Positions 18,119-28,366 of a stretch of DNA of 64,000 bases are shown in pieces (the stretch's first letter is position 1; the number at the start of each line of letters is the position of its first letter). A program made the position numbers and the translations under genes. The notes beneath the pieces are model-generated. The model did not search any database and was not told the DNA's origin. It worked only from the letters and a program-made list of their open reading frames with translations. Source of the DNA: a virus (lineage: Duplodnaviria; Caudoviricetes); IMG/VR virus record IMGVR_UViG_3300033066_000802, positions 32,001 to 96,000 of that record; one strand, written 5' to 3'.

Positions 18119-18904
18119 TTACATTAACTCAAAAAGTTTATATGAGTTAAATCTCAATTTTTTTATTGCTTTTTCTTTTATTTGTCTTACACGCTCCTTT
18201 GTGAGATCTAAATCATTAGCAATTTCCTCAAGTGTGTTTTCTTCACCAAATAAACCAAAATAACGTTTGATAACTTGTTTTTCAACATCACTTAATGAAT
18301 CTAACAATGATATTAACGCATGATTTAGATTTTCTTTTTCAATATCCATTGTACTATCTGGTGATGTAGCGTCAACATCAGCTATAATATCATGTAATGC
18401 GTGACCCTCTTCATCGGAAGGTCTATCCAGGGTTTCAACCATCGGTACGTGTATTGTATTACCCTCATGAAATTCTCCGAATTTATCAGCCTCTCTATCC
18501 AATTTAAACATATCGTTTATTACGTTAACGGGTAAACGAATTGGACGTGCGTGTTCATTTAAGGCTTGCCTAATACTTTGTGTGATCCAATGTACGGCAT
18601 ATGAGATGAATTTAACATCTGTCTGATTTGTGTCAAATCTATCAAAGGCTTTTACTAAACCATAATTACCTTCCGATATTAAGTCCTGTAAATCCAATCC
18701 TTTGTGTAGATATTGTTTCGCAATCTTGATTACGAATCTTAGATTTGAGTTAATGATGGTGTCTTTCACCCTTTCATCACCCTCACGGTACTGTCTGATC
18801 AGTTCAAACTCTTCTTCCCTTGTAAGAAGATTATACCTTTTAATGTCTGTTAAATAATTTGCAATTTCCTTCTGGTTAATCCAATGTGCTGTGTCCAATC
18901 TCAT
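18119..18904 (-). CDS. Phage-encoded sigma-70 family RNA polymerase sigma factor (RpoD/SigA-like)
   Basis: SNLRFVIKIAKQY (2.1), DLISEGNYGL (2.2), KFISYAVHWI (2.3), TLEEIANDLDLTKERVRQIKEKA (4.2). Confidence 0.95.
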   Translation of the reverse strand: MRLDTAHWINQKEIANYLTDIKRYNLLTREEEFELIRQYREGDERVKDTIINSNLRFVIKIAKQYLHKGLDLQDLISEGNYGLVKAFDRFDTNQTDVKFISYAVHWITQSIRQALNEHARPIRLPVNVINDMFKLDREADKFGEFHEGNTIHVPMVETLDRPSDEEGHALHDIIADVDATSPDSTMDIEKENLNHALISLLDSLSDVEKQVIKRYFGLFGEENTLEEIANDLDLTKERVRQIKEKAIKKLRFNSYKLFELM

Positions 18905-19515
18905 TTTTTGAATATTTTGTTATATAAATTTTGCTCTTGCGGTGTTAGTTTTTCGTATCCAACGTCTTTTATTTTATCAATTATTTCATCGATTTGGTTC
19001 ATATCGACCTGATCATTCTCAGTAGTCGGTAATTCCTCTTCTGGTATTATCTCTGCTTCAGTATATTGACCCGTCCTGAAACCCTCACGCATCATTATGA
19101 TGGCTTCAATCAAATACTGTATTTTACTTAACTTCTCATCATTACTTAACTTAAGTTCACTCGGAATAAACAAATTTTTGTTTATTATATCAATACAATG
19201 CTTACCGTAATTATTTTTAGATATATCAAATAAGAATAAAGCATCACTGTATTCCGAATATACTTTATTAAATGTAATATTTAACTCCTTCATTTTCACC
19301 TTGGAATTAAAAACAATTATTAAAGATGCAGGGCCGAAAGTAAATCTAAGGTCATGATCGTTATCAATAATTGGTTTAATACCATGTTTTAGGTTCGTTG
19401 GGAACCTTCCAAGGAATATCAATATATACTTATTTGATTTTTTAGTAAAAATCTTTTTAAGCCCAGTATAAATATGATACCTTATGTAAAAAATACCTAA
19501 ATTAATCATTTTCAT
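18901..19515 (-). CDS. Hypothetical protein with C-terminal DUF6576-like helical motif
   Basis: IDEIIDKIKDVGYEKLTPQEQNLY. Confidence 0.65.
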   Translation of the reverse strand: MKMINLGIFYIRYHIYTGLKKIFTKKSNKYILIFLGRFPTNLKHGIKPIIDNDHDLRFTFGPASLIIVFNSKVKMKELNITFNKVYSEYSDALFLFDISKNNYGKHCIDIINKNLFIPSELKLSNDEKLSKIQYLIEAIIMMREGFRTGQYTEAEIIPEEELPTTENDQVDMNQIDEIIDKIKDVGYEKLTPQEQNLYNKIFKK

Positions 19516-21874
19516 TTAAAATTCTTGAAACATTATTTTCTTTAGCAACCTTTATTGTATTATCTGCCCAATCTTGAACTAATGGATTGTGACTTATCAG
19601 CCAAATATGTTCAAAATATAATTTAATTTTATCGAAAAATAAACCTAATTTCTCAAGATTCTCATTGGCAACTTTACCTGTTACCTCATCAAATATAATA
19701 ATATTTGGTTTTGGTAACGAACAAACCTTCCTCAATACACACCTAAGTGCTAACGAACTAACAGTTTTCTCATAACCCGACCCAGCGTATAAAGGTTTTT
19801 CAATTTCGGTTATAGTGTCAACCATCCAGAACTCCACATCACCCTTTTCATCCATTCTAAGCTCAAGTACGAACTCAGCCGTATCTATAAGTAACATTCT
19901 CAGATAGGTATTAATCAATGGTATCATTGTACTCAAAATCATTTTTGATATACCATTTTTACCATATATATCAAGATAAGTCTTATAGATTTTATCTATA
20001 ACCTCTTCCTTCTTTAGTTCCTTGATAACTGAATTAAAATCCTGGATTTTCTTGTGTGAAGATTCGATATCTTTTTCAATGCTCCTTATTTGTAACATGC
20101 ATAAATCACGTTCACTATTCGCATTTGTAATCTTGATTTTTAAACCCTCAAGATCCGTATCTATTTTTTTATTCTTCTCTATATTTTGAACACTATCCCT
20201 ATAACTCTTAAGTTTATCTTTCCCACGATTCAGACTCTCATTATATGTTGATAATTCAGCCTTTGCTTTACCGATAATAAGTTCATTTTTATTGTACTCA
20301 TCCCATTGTGTCTTTGTATTGTCAAAGATACTGATTTTTTCTTGAAAATCAAAAACTTCTTTGTTTAAAACATCAATTTCTTTTTTTAGAATATCTATCT
20401 CAGCTGTTAACGCATTTATCTTTGGTTTATTGTCCACACCATCCAATGGTCGCATACATGTCGCACATATTTCACCATCTTTTAATAACTCAATAGTACC
20501 CGTCTTACTTCTGATTTCAAAATTTTTACTTAGTATTAAGGTTTCACTTTCTTTTTTTTGTGTGCATAAAACCTGATAAGCATCAACATCAAAAACATCC
20601 GAAGGTTGCTTAACAGCCTCACCCATTGACTTGATTGCTTGTGTTTTATCAGCTATTAATTTTTCTAACTTACTTATACCCTCAAGAACAGATGATTCAT
20701 CTATTTTATACAATTCCGTATCCAGATTATTAACACGTTGTTTCAATAACGTATCCTTAAGCTGTTCTAATGTTTCAAGATTCTCATTAACACTTTTTAA
20801 AGTTAACGCATTAGATATATTTAGATTTGTATTTTCCTTAATCCTACCCTCTTCAAACGCTATTTTAGTTAATATATCAACAACACTGGTACTACCAAGG
20901 TTTGATTTTTCACGCCATTCTGAATATAATTTCTTAGCTATTTTCTCCTTCTCACGATAGAATTCAAGACCAATAAATCTGGTCAATAATCTACCCCTTT
21001 CTGTTGGTTTAGTTTTAATTAAATCATCAAGATTATCACCAGTAGTTAATATTGTAATTAAAAAATCCTCGTAGGTACCAACATAATTTTTAATGAGGTC
21101 ATCAGTGAACTTTCTTTGTTCACCGTTTAATTGCTTGATACCTCCTTTGGGTAGAACTTGATAAAAATCAACCTCCGATTTACATGTATATTTACCTTTA
21201 CTTTCTTTTCTGGATAGAACTCGTTTGATAATGTATTCATCACCTTCAATCTCAACCTTACCTTTTACAACAACAAGATCCTTATCTGTAAATTTATTAA
21301 AAATACCTTCCATTTTATCTGTTTTCGATGTTACACCGAAAAATAAAAATGATAACAAATCAACTGTAAGGGTACTTTTACCAGAGAAATTAGCTGGTTG
21401 CGATGTAATTGAGGTAATACCTGGCTTATCAATTTTAATAATATTCCCCTCACCATATGATAAGAAATTAGAAAACTCTATCTCCTTTATCTTAAAACTT
21501 TTGTAACGGTTAGTTTGATCTTTGAAATCAATCAATTCAGCCGATACTGTTTTATCCAATTTATTAAGATATTCTACGTTAATATCAATACCATTTTCAG
21601 TTAAATATTTACCAATTAATTTTTCTTGGTATTCACTATCAAGTACTAATTCAGATGCGTCAGCCTGAACATCCATACCCATATCGGATTTCTTATTAGC
21701 TATAGCCCTGAAAACTACCTTAACCTTATTTGTTTTATATTTATCCTGAAAATATTTTTCGATACGCTTCTCATTACTTTTAGTGTAGTTATCTAACGTA
21801 TCCTCCCAATAAACCCTTATGTGATTATTTTCACTATATAATGCAGCTTCTTTATCAGTCATATAATTTGTCAT
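19502..21874 (-). CDS. SbcC/Rad50/gp46-like recombination ATPase
   Basis: IEFSNFLSYG, Walker A NFSGKST, coiled coil with Zn hook CATC, signature SGYE, Walker B IIIFDE, ISH. Confidence 0.92.
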   Translation of the reverse strand: MTNYMTDKEAALYSENNHIRVYWEDTLDNYTKSNEKRIEKYFQDKYKTNKVKVVFRAIANKKSDMGMDVQADASELVLDSEYQEKLIGKYLTENGIDINVEYLNKLDKTVSAELIDFKDQTNRYKSFKIKEIEFSNFLSYGEGNIIKIDKPGITSITSQPANFSGKSTLTVDLLSFLFFGVTSKTDKMEGIFNKFTDKDLVVVKGKVEIEGDEYIIKRVLSRKESKGKYTCKSEVDFYQVLPKGGIKQLNGEQRKFTDDLIKNYVGTYEDFLITILTTGDNLDDLIKTKPTERGRLLTRFIGLEFYREKEKIAKKLYSEWREKSNLGSTSVVDILTKIAFEEGRIKENTNLNISNALTLKSVNENLETLEQLKDTLLKQRVNNLDTELYKIDESSVLEGISKLEKLIADKTQAIKSMGEAVKQPSDVFDVDAYQVLCTQKKESETLILSKNFEIRSKTGTIELLKDGEICATCMRPLDGVDNKPKINALTAEIDILKKEIDVLNKEVFDFQEKISIFDNTKTQWDEYNKNELIIGKAKAELSTYNESLNRGKDKLKSYRDSVQNIEKNKKIDTDLEGLKIKITNANSERDLCMLQIRSIEKDIESSHKKIQDFNSVIKELKKEEVIDKIYKTYLDIYGKNGISKMILSTMIPLINTYLRMLLIDTAEFVLELRMDEKGDVEFWMVDTITEIEKPLYAGSGYEKTVSSLALRCVLRKVCSLPKPNIIIFDEVTGKVANENLEKLGLFFDKIKLYFEHIWLISHNPLVQDWADNTIKVAKENNVSRILNEND

Positions 21875-22076
21875 CCGATACTTCTTTTTGTTTTGTTGGT
21901 GATATTACTTCGTTATTTACTTTATTTTGTTTTATACTTGGTTGGTACATACCGTATTTATCAATATTAAAGCCAGTTTGTAGAATCTTATTTAGATACC
22001 CATCCAAATCATCTATATTATTAAACCTACAATACTCTACTATTTCAGATAGTAATTTATTATCTATGTTAACCAT
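21855..22076 (-). CDS. Hypothetical protein
   Basis: 73 aa, overlapping both neighbours. Confidence 0.65.
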   Translation of the reverse strand: MVNIDNKLLSEIVEYCRFNNIDDLDGYLNKILQTGFNIDKYGMYQPSIKQNKVNNEVISPTKQKEVSDDKLYD

Positions 22077-22863
22077 TTATTAAAATTTCTTTATCATCTT
22101 CAATATCCTCAATATCAGATACTTTAAATGTTAAATACTTAACAGAATTCTCAATATCATGGAAATTAATGTCCATAGTTTCTAAATTTATTAGTGCATA
22201 ACCATGTTCATTAATGTTCTCACCATAATTCTGTTGTATAAGACTACCAACCATGACAATTGGTTTGTTATTTTTATTTTTAAATATTTGGCGCTTATGT
22301 ATATCGCCACATAATGTTAAATCACATTCATCAAACTTATCAATTTCAGCGCCATGCGCAAATGTAAAACCATTATCATTTACAGCACCAACAATCACGC
22401 CATGATATAAACCAATGTATTTACCTGGGTATGGTTTAAGATGCAAATTTAAAGGCGTTGCGTTATTATTATATATACTAAACACAGTCCATATAACATT
22501 CTCATCTTGATATAACCCACTCTCACGGTAATATTTGATATTTTCAAGCCCAAGATTATAAATAATGGGGGTTAAAGCATCCATTCTTTCCTTATTTTGT
22601 TCAACAATATCATGATTACCTGGAATAATAATCACTTTACCACAATTTTTAGAGCAAGCTTCGAGAAACCAAGATACTTCTTTCACCAATTCTGGTGTTA
22701 ATACGTTCCTGGAATGAACAATATCACCCGCTATGACTAATCTATCGGGTTTTAAGCTCTTCATTTTATCTATGAAGTACTCACACACAGACCTAAACTC
22801 TAAATGCCTCTGATACGTCCTAAACTGGATATCAGCTATATGTACAATAGTTTTAATACTCAT
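22069..22863 (-). CDS. SbcD/Mre11/gp47-like metallophosphoesterase nuclease
   Basis: HIADIQ, IAGDIVH, PGNHD, LYHG, GDIHK, VGSLIQQNYGE. Confidence 0.92.
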   Translation of the reverse strand: MSIKTIVHIADIQFRTYQRHLEFRSVCEYFIDKMKSLKPDRLVIAGDIVHSRNVLTPELVKEVSWFLEACSKNCGKVIIIPGNHDIVEQNKERMDALTPIIYNLGLENIKYYRESGLYQDENVIWTVFSIYNNNATPLNLHLKPYPGKYIGLYHGVIVGAVNDNGFTFAHGAEIDKFDECDLTLCGDIHKRQIFKNKNNKPIVMVGSLIQQNYGENINEHGYALINLETMDINFHDIENSVKYLTFKVSDIEDIEDDKEILING

Positions 22864-22864
22864 A

Positions 22865-23602
22865 TTATAAACCTAATTTTAATTTGTAGTGTTGTATTAT
22901 TAATTCAGCTTCTTTCTTCATATAAGGTACAGGAATCATTTTAAACATACTTATATTTCTATCCCAATAAAATAACCCACCTCGGTTAAACCTTTTACCC
23001 GTTTCTTTCTCATACATCAAACCATATATTGAAATTTGTAAACAATATGTTGTATATTGTGAATATACTAAATGATCCACAGGAAAATACAAATATTGTG
23101 AATACTCGTTATCGTAGTTAAATTTCTTGTTTGTTTTAAAATCCCACACATTAAACCTATCTTTATCAATATCTTCAATAATATCTGATGTACCAGCAAT
23201 ACCTAAAAGATCTGTAAAATCATATGACATCACTCGCTCAGGGTATAACGTCTTCGACCCAATTATCGATAACTTTTCATCACCACAACACTCTTTAAAC
23301 GCTCTAATCACCGTCTTTTCAAAATTATCCCTTGGTACATATAGATGTTGAGGTGATAATAGAAATCTTTCTAATATTTCATGTAAAGCGGTTCCATATT
23401 CATTAGCTACTCTATTTATTTCTTTCCATTCAGCAAGTACCTCTTCAGCTGTTACACCCCTTCTTTCCGCAACTCTTTGGGCGTGAAAAACCTCATCAAA
23501 CTTCTCTTTATATTCACCCAGTAATGTAGTTACCGATATAAATTTTTGGTCAGGTTTATTATCATTTACATATGTATGCGTTTCATGTATTAATTTAATC
23601 AT
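22865..23602 (-). CDS. PD-(D/E)XK exonuclease-like protein
   Basis: ISVTTLL, GTALHEILE, AGTSDI, WDFKT, QISIY. Confidence 0.85.
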   Translation of the reverse strand: MIKLIHETHTYVNDNKPDQKFISVTTLLGEYKEKFDEVFHAQRVAERRGVTAEEVLAEWKEINRVANEYGTALHEILERFLLSPQHLYVPRDNFEKTVIRAFKECCGDEKLSIIGSKTLYPERVMSYDFTDLLGIAGTSDIIEDIDKDRFNVWDFKTNKKFNYDNEYSQYLYFPVDHLVYSQYTTYCLQISIYGLMYEKETGKRFNRGGLFYWDRNISMFKMIPVPYMKKEAELIIQHYKLKLGL

Positions 23603-23604
23603 TA

Positions 23605-24582
23605 TTAATCTTTTAATCTCGTACTCTTTATTATTAATTTTTTTAATTCCTCCTTACCAAAATGTTGGTTATACAATGATAAATCATACCCATCAGGTAA
23701 TTTATTTATTAAAACTTTCTTAAATAACCTACCAGAATTTAGTTTATGATATATTTTTTTAGCATCCTCCCACGCATCAGGATCTAATATAATAATAACG
23801 TAATTATTAGCACGTTTATATATCATATCATATATTAAATTATATAACTTTTTACCCAATAATGGTATACTATTACCGACAGGTATATGATCAAAACAAC
23901 CCTCAACAAGAAATACAGGTTTATCCCAATCAATTAATTTCTCATTAAAAATTATACTTGTTTTATCAGTGGCTGAATTTAAATATTTAAATTTCTTAAC
24001 TTTTGATGATATGGCTCTGGTAACAAAATAGTTTAACTCACCATTTGCATCATATGATGGTATAACCACCCTATACTGGTATAAACCTTCCAAACAATAA
24101 CCTATGTTATATTTTTTAATATCTTCATCGGTAATTCCACGATTATAAAGATATTGGAATGCATATTTAAAAATACGCATATTTTGTCTACCACTTAATG
24201 GTATAAATTCAGGCGGTAATGTAAGTTTTTCTTTTATTGTAAATTCATTAGCCTCAGAATAATATTCTGATTCACCAAAACTTAAATCAAGATTTTTGAA
24301 TCTTTTTAAAGTATCTCTATCTGAAAAATCTCTAAAAAGCTTATATAGAAATCCGTGTGTATCATGTGTTTCGCTACATGACCAACACTTAAAAACACCC
24401 AACTCATAATTTATCTCAAGGTTACCCTTACCATCGTATTGCACACCTTTTTCAGCTGAACAAACAGGACAATCAAATGAAATTTGAGCTTTACTTGAAT
24501 AATGGTGACTTGGATCACCTAAAAAACTTTCAAGTAATTCAATTAAAGTATCGATTTTTTCTTGTAAAAGATAACTTAGCAT
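23605..24582 (-). CDS. DNA primase (Zn ribbon plus TOPRIM)
   Basis: CPVC...CWSC; YLYNRGI; RVVIP; LVEGCFD; LDPDA. Confidence 0.88.
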   Translation of the reverse strand: MLSYLLQEKIDTLIELLESFLGDPSHHYSSKAQISFDCPVCSAEKGVQYDGKGNLEINYELGVFKCWSCSETHDTHGFLYKLFRDFSDRDTLKRFKNLDLSFGESEYYSEANEFTIKEKLTLPPEFIPLSGRQNMRIFKYAFQYLYNRGITDEDIKKYNIGYCLEGLYQYRVVIPSYDANGELNYFVTRAISSKVKKFKYLNSATDKTSIIFNEKLIDWDKPVFLVEGCFDHIPVGNSIPLLGKKLYNLIYDMIYKRANNYVIIILDPDAWEDAKKIYHKLNSGRLFKKVLINKLPDGYDLSLYNQHFGKEELKKLIIKSTRLKD

Positions 24583-24592
24583 GGTTATTAAC

Positions 24593-24624
24593 CAAAACTA
24601 AGAAAAAAAAACAAGAAAACCAAA
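24593..24624 (-). promoter_or_regulatory. Bacteroidetes-type promoter for the primase-nuclease-sigma operon
   Basis: On -: TTTG, 20 nt, TAGTTTTG, 10 nt before the primase ATG. Confidence 0.72.
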
Positions 24625-24633
24625 TTAACAACC

Positions 24634-25236
24634 TTATTTAGTGTAATTATTTATTCGCATAAATGCCAAAGCAACACAATAAGCATCACTCGCATCAAAC
24701 ATTTCCTTTTTTAATTGATCTTTCTTATCTCTCAACCACTTAATATTAGGTTCCCTGGCAGCTACTTTTTCCCAAATAACCGTCTTTTTATCCACATCTT
24801 TAGGATACCCACCAAATAAGACAACCTTATCACCCTTGGCATTTGGTTGCATTAATTCAGGAAATGCATTTTTTCTGGCTTCATAAGTACTAATATACTC
24901 AGGGACAATACCTAATTTATCATAACATATTTTAGTAACCATGCCATTAAAACGTAAAAGAGTTCCAACCGTGTTTACGTTATTTGAACGTAAAAGAGGT
25001 TCCTCAATTACAATATGTTTAATATTCATGCCCACATATTTATCAATGAAGACCCCAAAAATATCAGCTTTCTTCATTAATTCTTCTGTCTTACTCTTTG
25101 GCTGTGGCATAGCTTTAGGTGATATATGCGTTAATTCTAATAGCTCACCACCAATCTCAATCAGTGATACACCAATGGTCTTCGTGGATACGTCCAATCC
25201 AAGTACTAAATCCTTCTTTGCAATATTTTTATTCAT
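24634..25236 (-). CDS. RuvC-like Holliday junction resolvase
   Basis: VLGLDVSTKTIG, IVIEEP, DASDAYCVA. Confidence 0.85.
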   Translation of the reverse strand: MNKNIAKKDLVLGLDVSTKTIGVSLIEIGGELLELTHISPKAMPQPKSKTEELMKKADIFGVFIDKYVGMNIKHIVIEEPLLRSNNVNTVGTLLRFNGMVTKICYDKLGIVPEYISTYEARKNAFPELMQPNAKGDKVVLFGGYPKDVDKKTVIWEKVAAREPNIKWLRDKKDQLKKEMFDASDAYCVALAFMRINNYTK

Positions 25237-25241
25237 ATAAA

Positions 25242-27161
25242 TTATAAACGTATTTTAACGTTAAACGACACAACATCATACCAATATTTTGAAATTGGTT
25301 GTGTTGGTTTACATATAGCCAATAAATTACCATCAGCATCATGTATACCCAATTGCGTTATTATCACTGGGTTTAAATTTTGATTATTTGTTTTAAAAGA
25401 TACATAATCAGCCGATGGATCAACATTCATAAGATCTTTAGCTGTATCATTTGTTGTTGTAAAAAACTCATCAGATGATGCTAAACACACAATATTCAAT
25501 GACTTTTCGGAGTTATAACTCAAAAACTCAATATTTGGGTAATATGGGTGTGGTACACCTGTAGTACCAGTATAAACAAATTGCGTACTATCCCACTCAA
25601 CCTGGTTAGAATCATTTCTCGTTATTAAGAAATTTGTTGTATTACCTGTATATGCTCTAACACCCGCACCTGAGCTGGTACTATGTCTATATAAATTAGT
25701 ATTTAATGCAGCAACACCATAATTATCATATACTTTAACTGGTGCTGATAATGTACCACCTGTAGTAATGTGACCATTAAACGCATTTACATAAAATGAA
25801 TCCACAATTTTAGGGTGTGTTATCACAACAAATCCCTTATCGAGAAACGCAACCCCAACACACCTATCATTTGTATTATTATATAAATTTTTAGACCTAC
25901 TTGATGGATTAAAAGCTTTAATACCATCTATTACGTCAGCATGTCCATCATTCCAACTACCAGTTGGGTTTTCGCTCGGTTTACCGAACATATCACTAAA
26001 TAATAACACCACGTTACTCTCATAATTCGATAATGCGGTACTTAAATCAGCTTTAGCTCCAAGATCCTTCATTGTTAAATCCTTCTCCGATAAAACAGCA
26101 TCAAGATCATATACATTTAAACCCGACTTGTTATATGTACCATATAACTCAATTATTTGTGGCGCTACAGTATATGTTGGATATATACCCAAATACTGTT
26201 TAATTGTTGAAGCAGGTGTTGCACCTGTCCAATAAGGCATAAGTATCTTAATTGATTTACCATCGATTATTTCACCATATGTCTTTGGTGGTATTTCCAT
26301 AATAAGGAACATATCATTAGGAACTGGTGTTTTGCTATAATCGGTAATAAATTCATATGAACCAATACTTTGCATAGCTGTATTATAATGTTCCCCAGTT
26401 GTACCTGTAACAGGATGTGTTAAGATATCATTTACTGATACACCACCAGGTAGGGTGGATGTGGTAATCTCATTCCAATAAAATGGAACACCATTTTTAT
26501 AATATGTTGGGGTTTGTGACGAAGTTGGTGTAGTCGGGTAACCCCATTTAGTTCTTGAATATTTTAACAACTCAAGATCCGATACAGGTAAATTTAAACC
26601 CTTCAACGTATTTGCAAATATTGTATTTGTTGCTTTTCTTTCAACGAAACACATTGGTGCGCAGTTTTCTGTTGATCCCGTTAAACCATTTCTTGATGCA
26701 AATAAAAAATTATAACCTTCCTGTAAATCATATGGCACCATATCATTTACCACAACAGCAGCTTCAATCGGTTTCAATGTACTCAACGTTGATACTGGAT
26801 TAACGTCATATTCTATGTAACCATAACAATCACCGCCAGCGTAAATATCTAATGAGAATTTATTATCTATATACTTTAAAGTAAAGAAATTACTATAATA
26901 ATCGGTTTGTGAAATAGTTGTGGTATCACTATTATTTGTATAAGCCTGAAATAAAGCGCCGACAGTGTTAGTTGATAGTGTTGTAAGTTTAGTTGCTAAA
27001 TTACTTCCACTTGGAACCTGAGTATGTGATACTAATACTGTCTGATTTAATGTTGGTAAGTATGTTGGCTGAGATTTTAAATAGAATGTAGCTAACCCAT
27101 CACTTGTGTTATTTGTTACCCTTCTATAAAATGGAACCCTTACTTTTAATATATTATTCAT
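25242..27161 (-). CDS. Virion structural protein (baseplate/tail-associated)
   Basis: C-terminal ITQLGIHDADGNLLAICKPTQPISK, paralogous to the C-terminus of the 29579 ORF. Confidence 0.65.
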   Translation of the reverse strand: MNNILKVRVPFYRRVTNNTSDGLATFYLKSQPTYLPTLNQTVLVSHTQVPSGSNLATKLTTLSTNTVGALFQAYTNNSDTTTISQTDYYSNFFTLKYIDNKFSLDIYAGGDCYGYIEYDVNPVSTLSTLKPIEAAVVVNDMVPYDLQEGYNFLFASRNGLTGSTENCAPMCFVERKATNTIFANTLKGLNLPVSDLELLKYSRTKWGYPTTPTSSQTPTYYKNGVPFYWNEITTSTLPGGVSVNDILTHPVTGTTGEHYNTAMQSIGSYEFITDYSKTPVPNDMFLIMEIPPKTYGEIIDGKSIKILMPYWTGATPASTIKQYLGIYPTYTVAPQIIELYGTYNKSGLNVYDLDAVLSEKDLTMKDLGAKADLSTALSNYESNVVLLFSDMFGKPSENPTGSWNDGHADVIDGIKAFNPSSRSKNLYNNTNDRCVGVAFLDKGFVVITHPKIVDSFYVNAFNGHITTGGTLSAPVKVYDNYGVAALNTNLYRHSTSSGAGVRAYTGNTTNFLITRNDSNQVEWDSTQFVYTGTTGVPHPYYPNIEFLSYNSEKSLNIVCLASSDEFFTTTNDTAKDLMNVDPSADYVSFKTNNQNLNPVIITQLGIHDADGNLLAICKPTQPISKYWYDVVSFNVKIRL

Positions 27162-27182
27162 ATTTCGTTTTTTTATATTTAA

Positions 27183-27446
27183 TTATCTTATAATTTCACT
27201 TGTAATTGTGACGTTTTTAGATAGTGAATAAACTGTATCGTTATAATCCCCAGTCAAATCATTCGTTACTTGTGTAAGTGATTGATTACCAAGATAATTA
27301 ATATCTGCGTCAGATATTGAAAATAACGCAGGTACAAAACCTTGTTGTAATAACATCGTTCTACCAAGATCGGTTAAATAAACCGTCATTTCCCCGCCTG
27401 GGGATGGTGTGACACCAGGTAAATTATCTTGATTTATAAATCCCAT
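27183..27446 (-). CDS. Small structural protein (LTDxGR paralog)
   Basis: VYLTDLGR...FSISDADINY shared with the next two paralogs. Confidence 0.65.
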   Translation of the reverse strand: MGFINQDNLPGVTPSPGGEMTVYLTDLGRTMLLQQGFVPALFSISDADINYLGNQSLTQVTNDLTGDYNDTVYSLSKNVTITSEIIR

Positions 27447-27517
27447 TTTATTTAAATTTAATTATTTTATATTTTAATTAAAGCATTTTTATATAAATAT
27501 CATCATTTTCGTTTTAG

Positions 27518-28366
27518 TTATGAAACGAAAGATAAAACAGTATATGGTGGCACAAAAGTACTACCACCCATACTCGGCGGTGTCAATAATTGGTTATATA
27601 CGCTTGGTACATACCCCGTATTCACAACATTTACACTTATAACCAGATCAGTTTTAAGTAAATTAGGTATAATATTATCATTATTTGGATTACTATCGTA
27701 TGTTTCCACTGAAAAATTGAAATCAAGTGTTCCAACATTCTTATTCGGAGCTACCAATGTCTTACCATAATATTGATTTACCAATTTACCTACGTTTGTA
27801 ACAGAATATGAGGCGGCAAAAGGAATACTCTCAAATGGAGAAATTAATTTCCCTGTATTATTATAATACTCATTTAAATACCTAATAGTTAGATAACCAA
27901 TTACTAACGATTTAGTTGCGGTGCCCCTGGTTACAGTTCTTTCAACGATTGACGAAGTTAATACAGGTGTTGTTGGTATATTATATGTCACCATATATAC
28001 ATCATACGTATATGAAGAATCTGAATTTGTTTCAATTTTGGTTACACCCAACTCTTTACTATCACTTTTTATATATGATGACCTAATAAACGCATTATTA
28101 AACTTTATGTTATTATAATAAACAATTTTACTGCTTTTATTCATTACATGGAAAACCCCTTCTTTAAAGTTAGTCCTCGATTTATCAACAGAAGCTATAC
28201 TTACAGCTGGAATATTCATATAAAATTCTCCATTTGGTATATAGAAATCCAGCTGAGGTTCGATCACCTCAGTTTGGATTGTTGTTGTCATCGTATATGT
28301 TGGTGGTAATGTTGATGATGGTGGTAAAACTCCACCGCCACCCCCAAATGATATTCTTCTTGCCAT
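27518..28366 (-). CDS. Hypothetical structural protein
   Basis: 282 aa within the structural module. Confidence 0.6.
   Translation of the reverse strand: MARRISFGGGGGVLPPSSTLPPTYTMTTTIQTEVIEPQLDFYIPNGEFYMNIPAVSIASVDKSRTNFKEGVFHVMNKSSKIVYYNNIKFNNAFIRSSYIKSDSKELGVTKIETNSDSSYTYDVYMVTYNIPTTPVLTSSIVERTVTRGTATKSLVIGYLTIRYLNEYYNNTGKLISPFESIPFAASYSVTNVGKLVNQYYGKTLVAPNKNVGTLDFNFSVETYDSNPNNDNIIPNLLKTDLVISVNVVNTGYVPSVYNQLLTPPSMGGSTFVPPYTVLSFVS

Noticed and set aside
3640-18904. Bacterial chromosome origin suggested by clpP, dnaJ and the sigma factor
   Set aside because: These genes are interleaved with phage-type hypotheticals and linked to baseplate gp6/gp25, gp32-, gp41- and gp46/47-like genes, without bacterial operon partners such as tig, clpX or grpE
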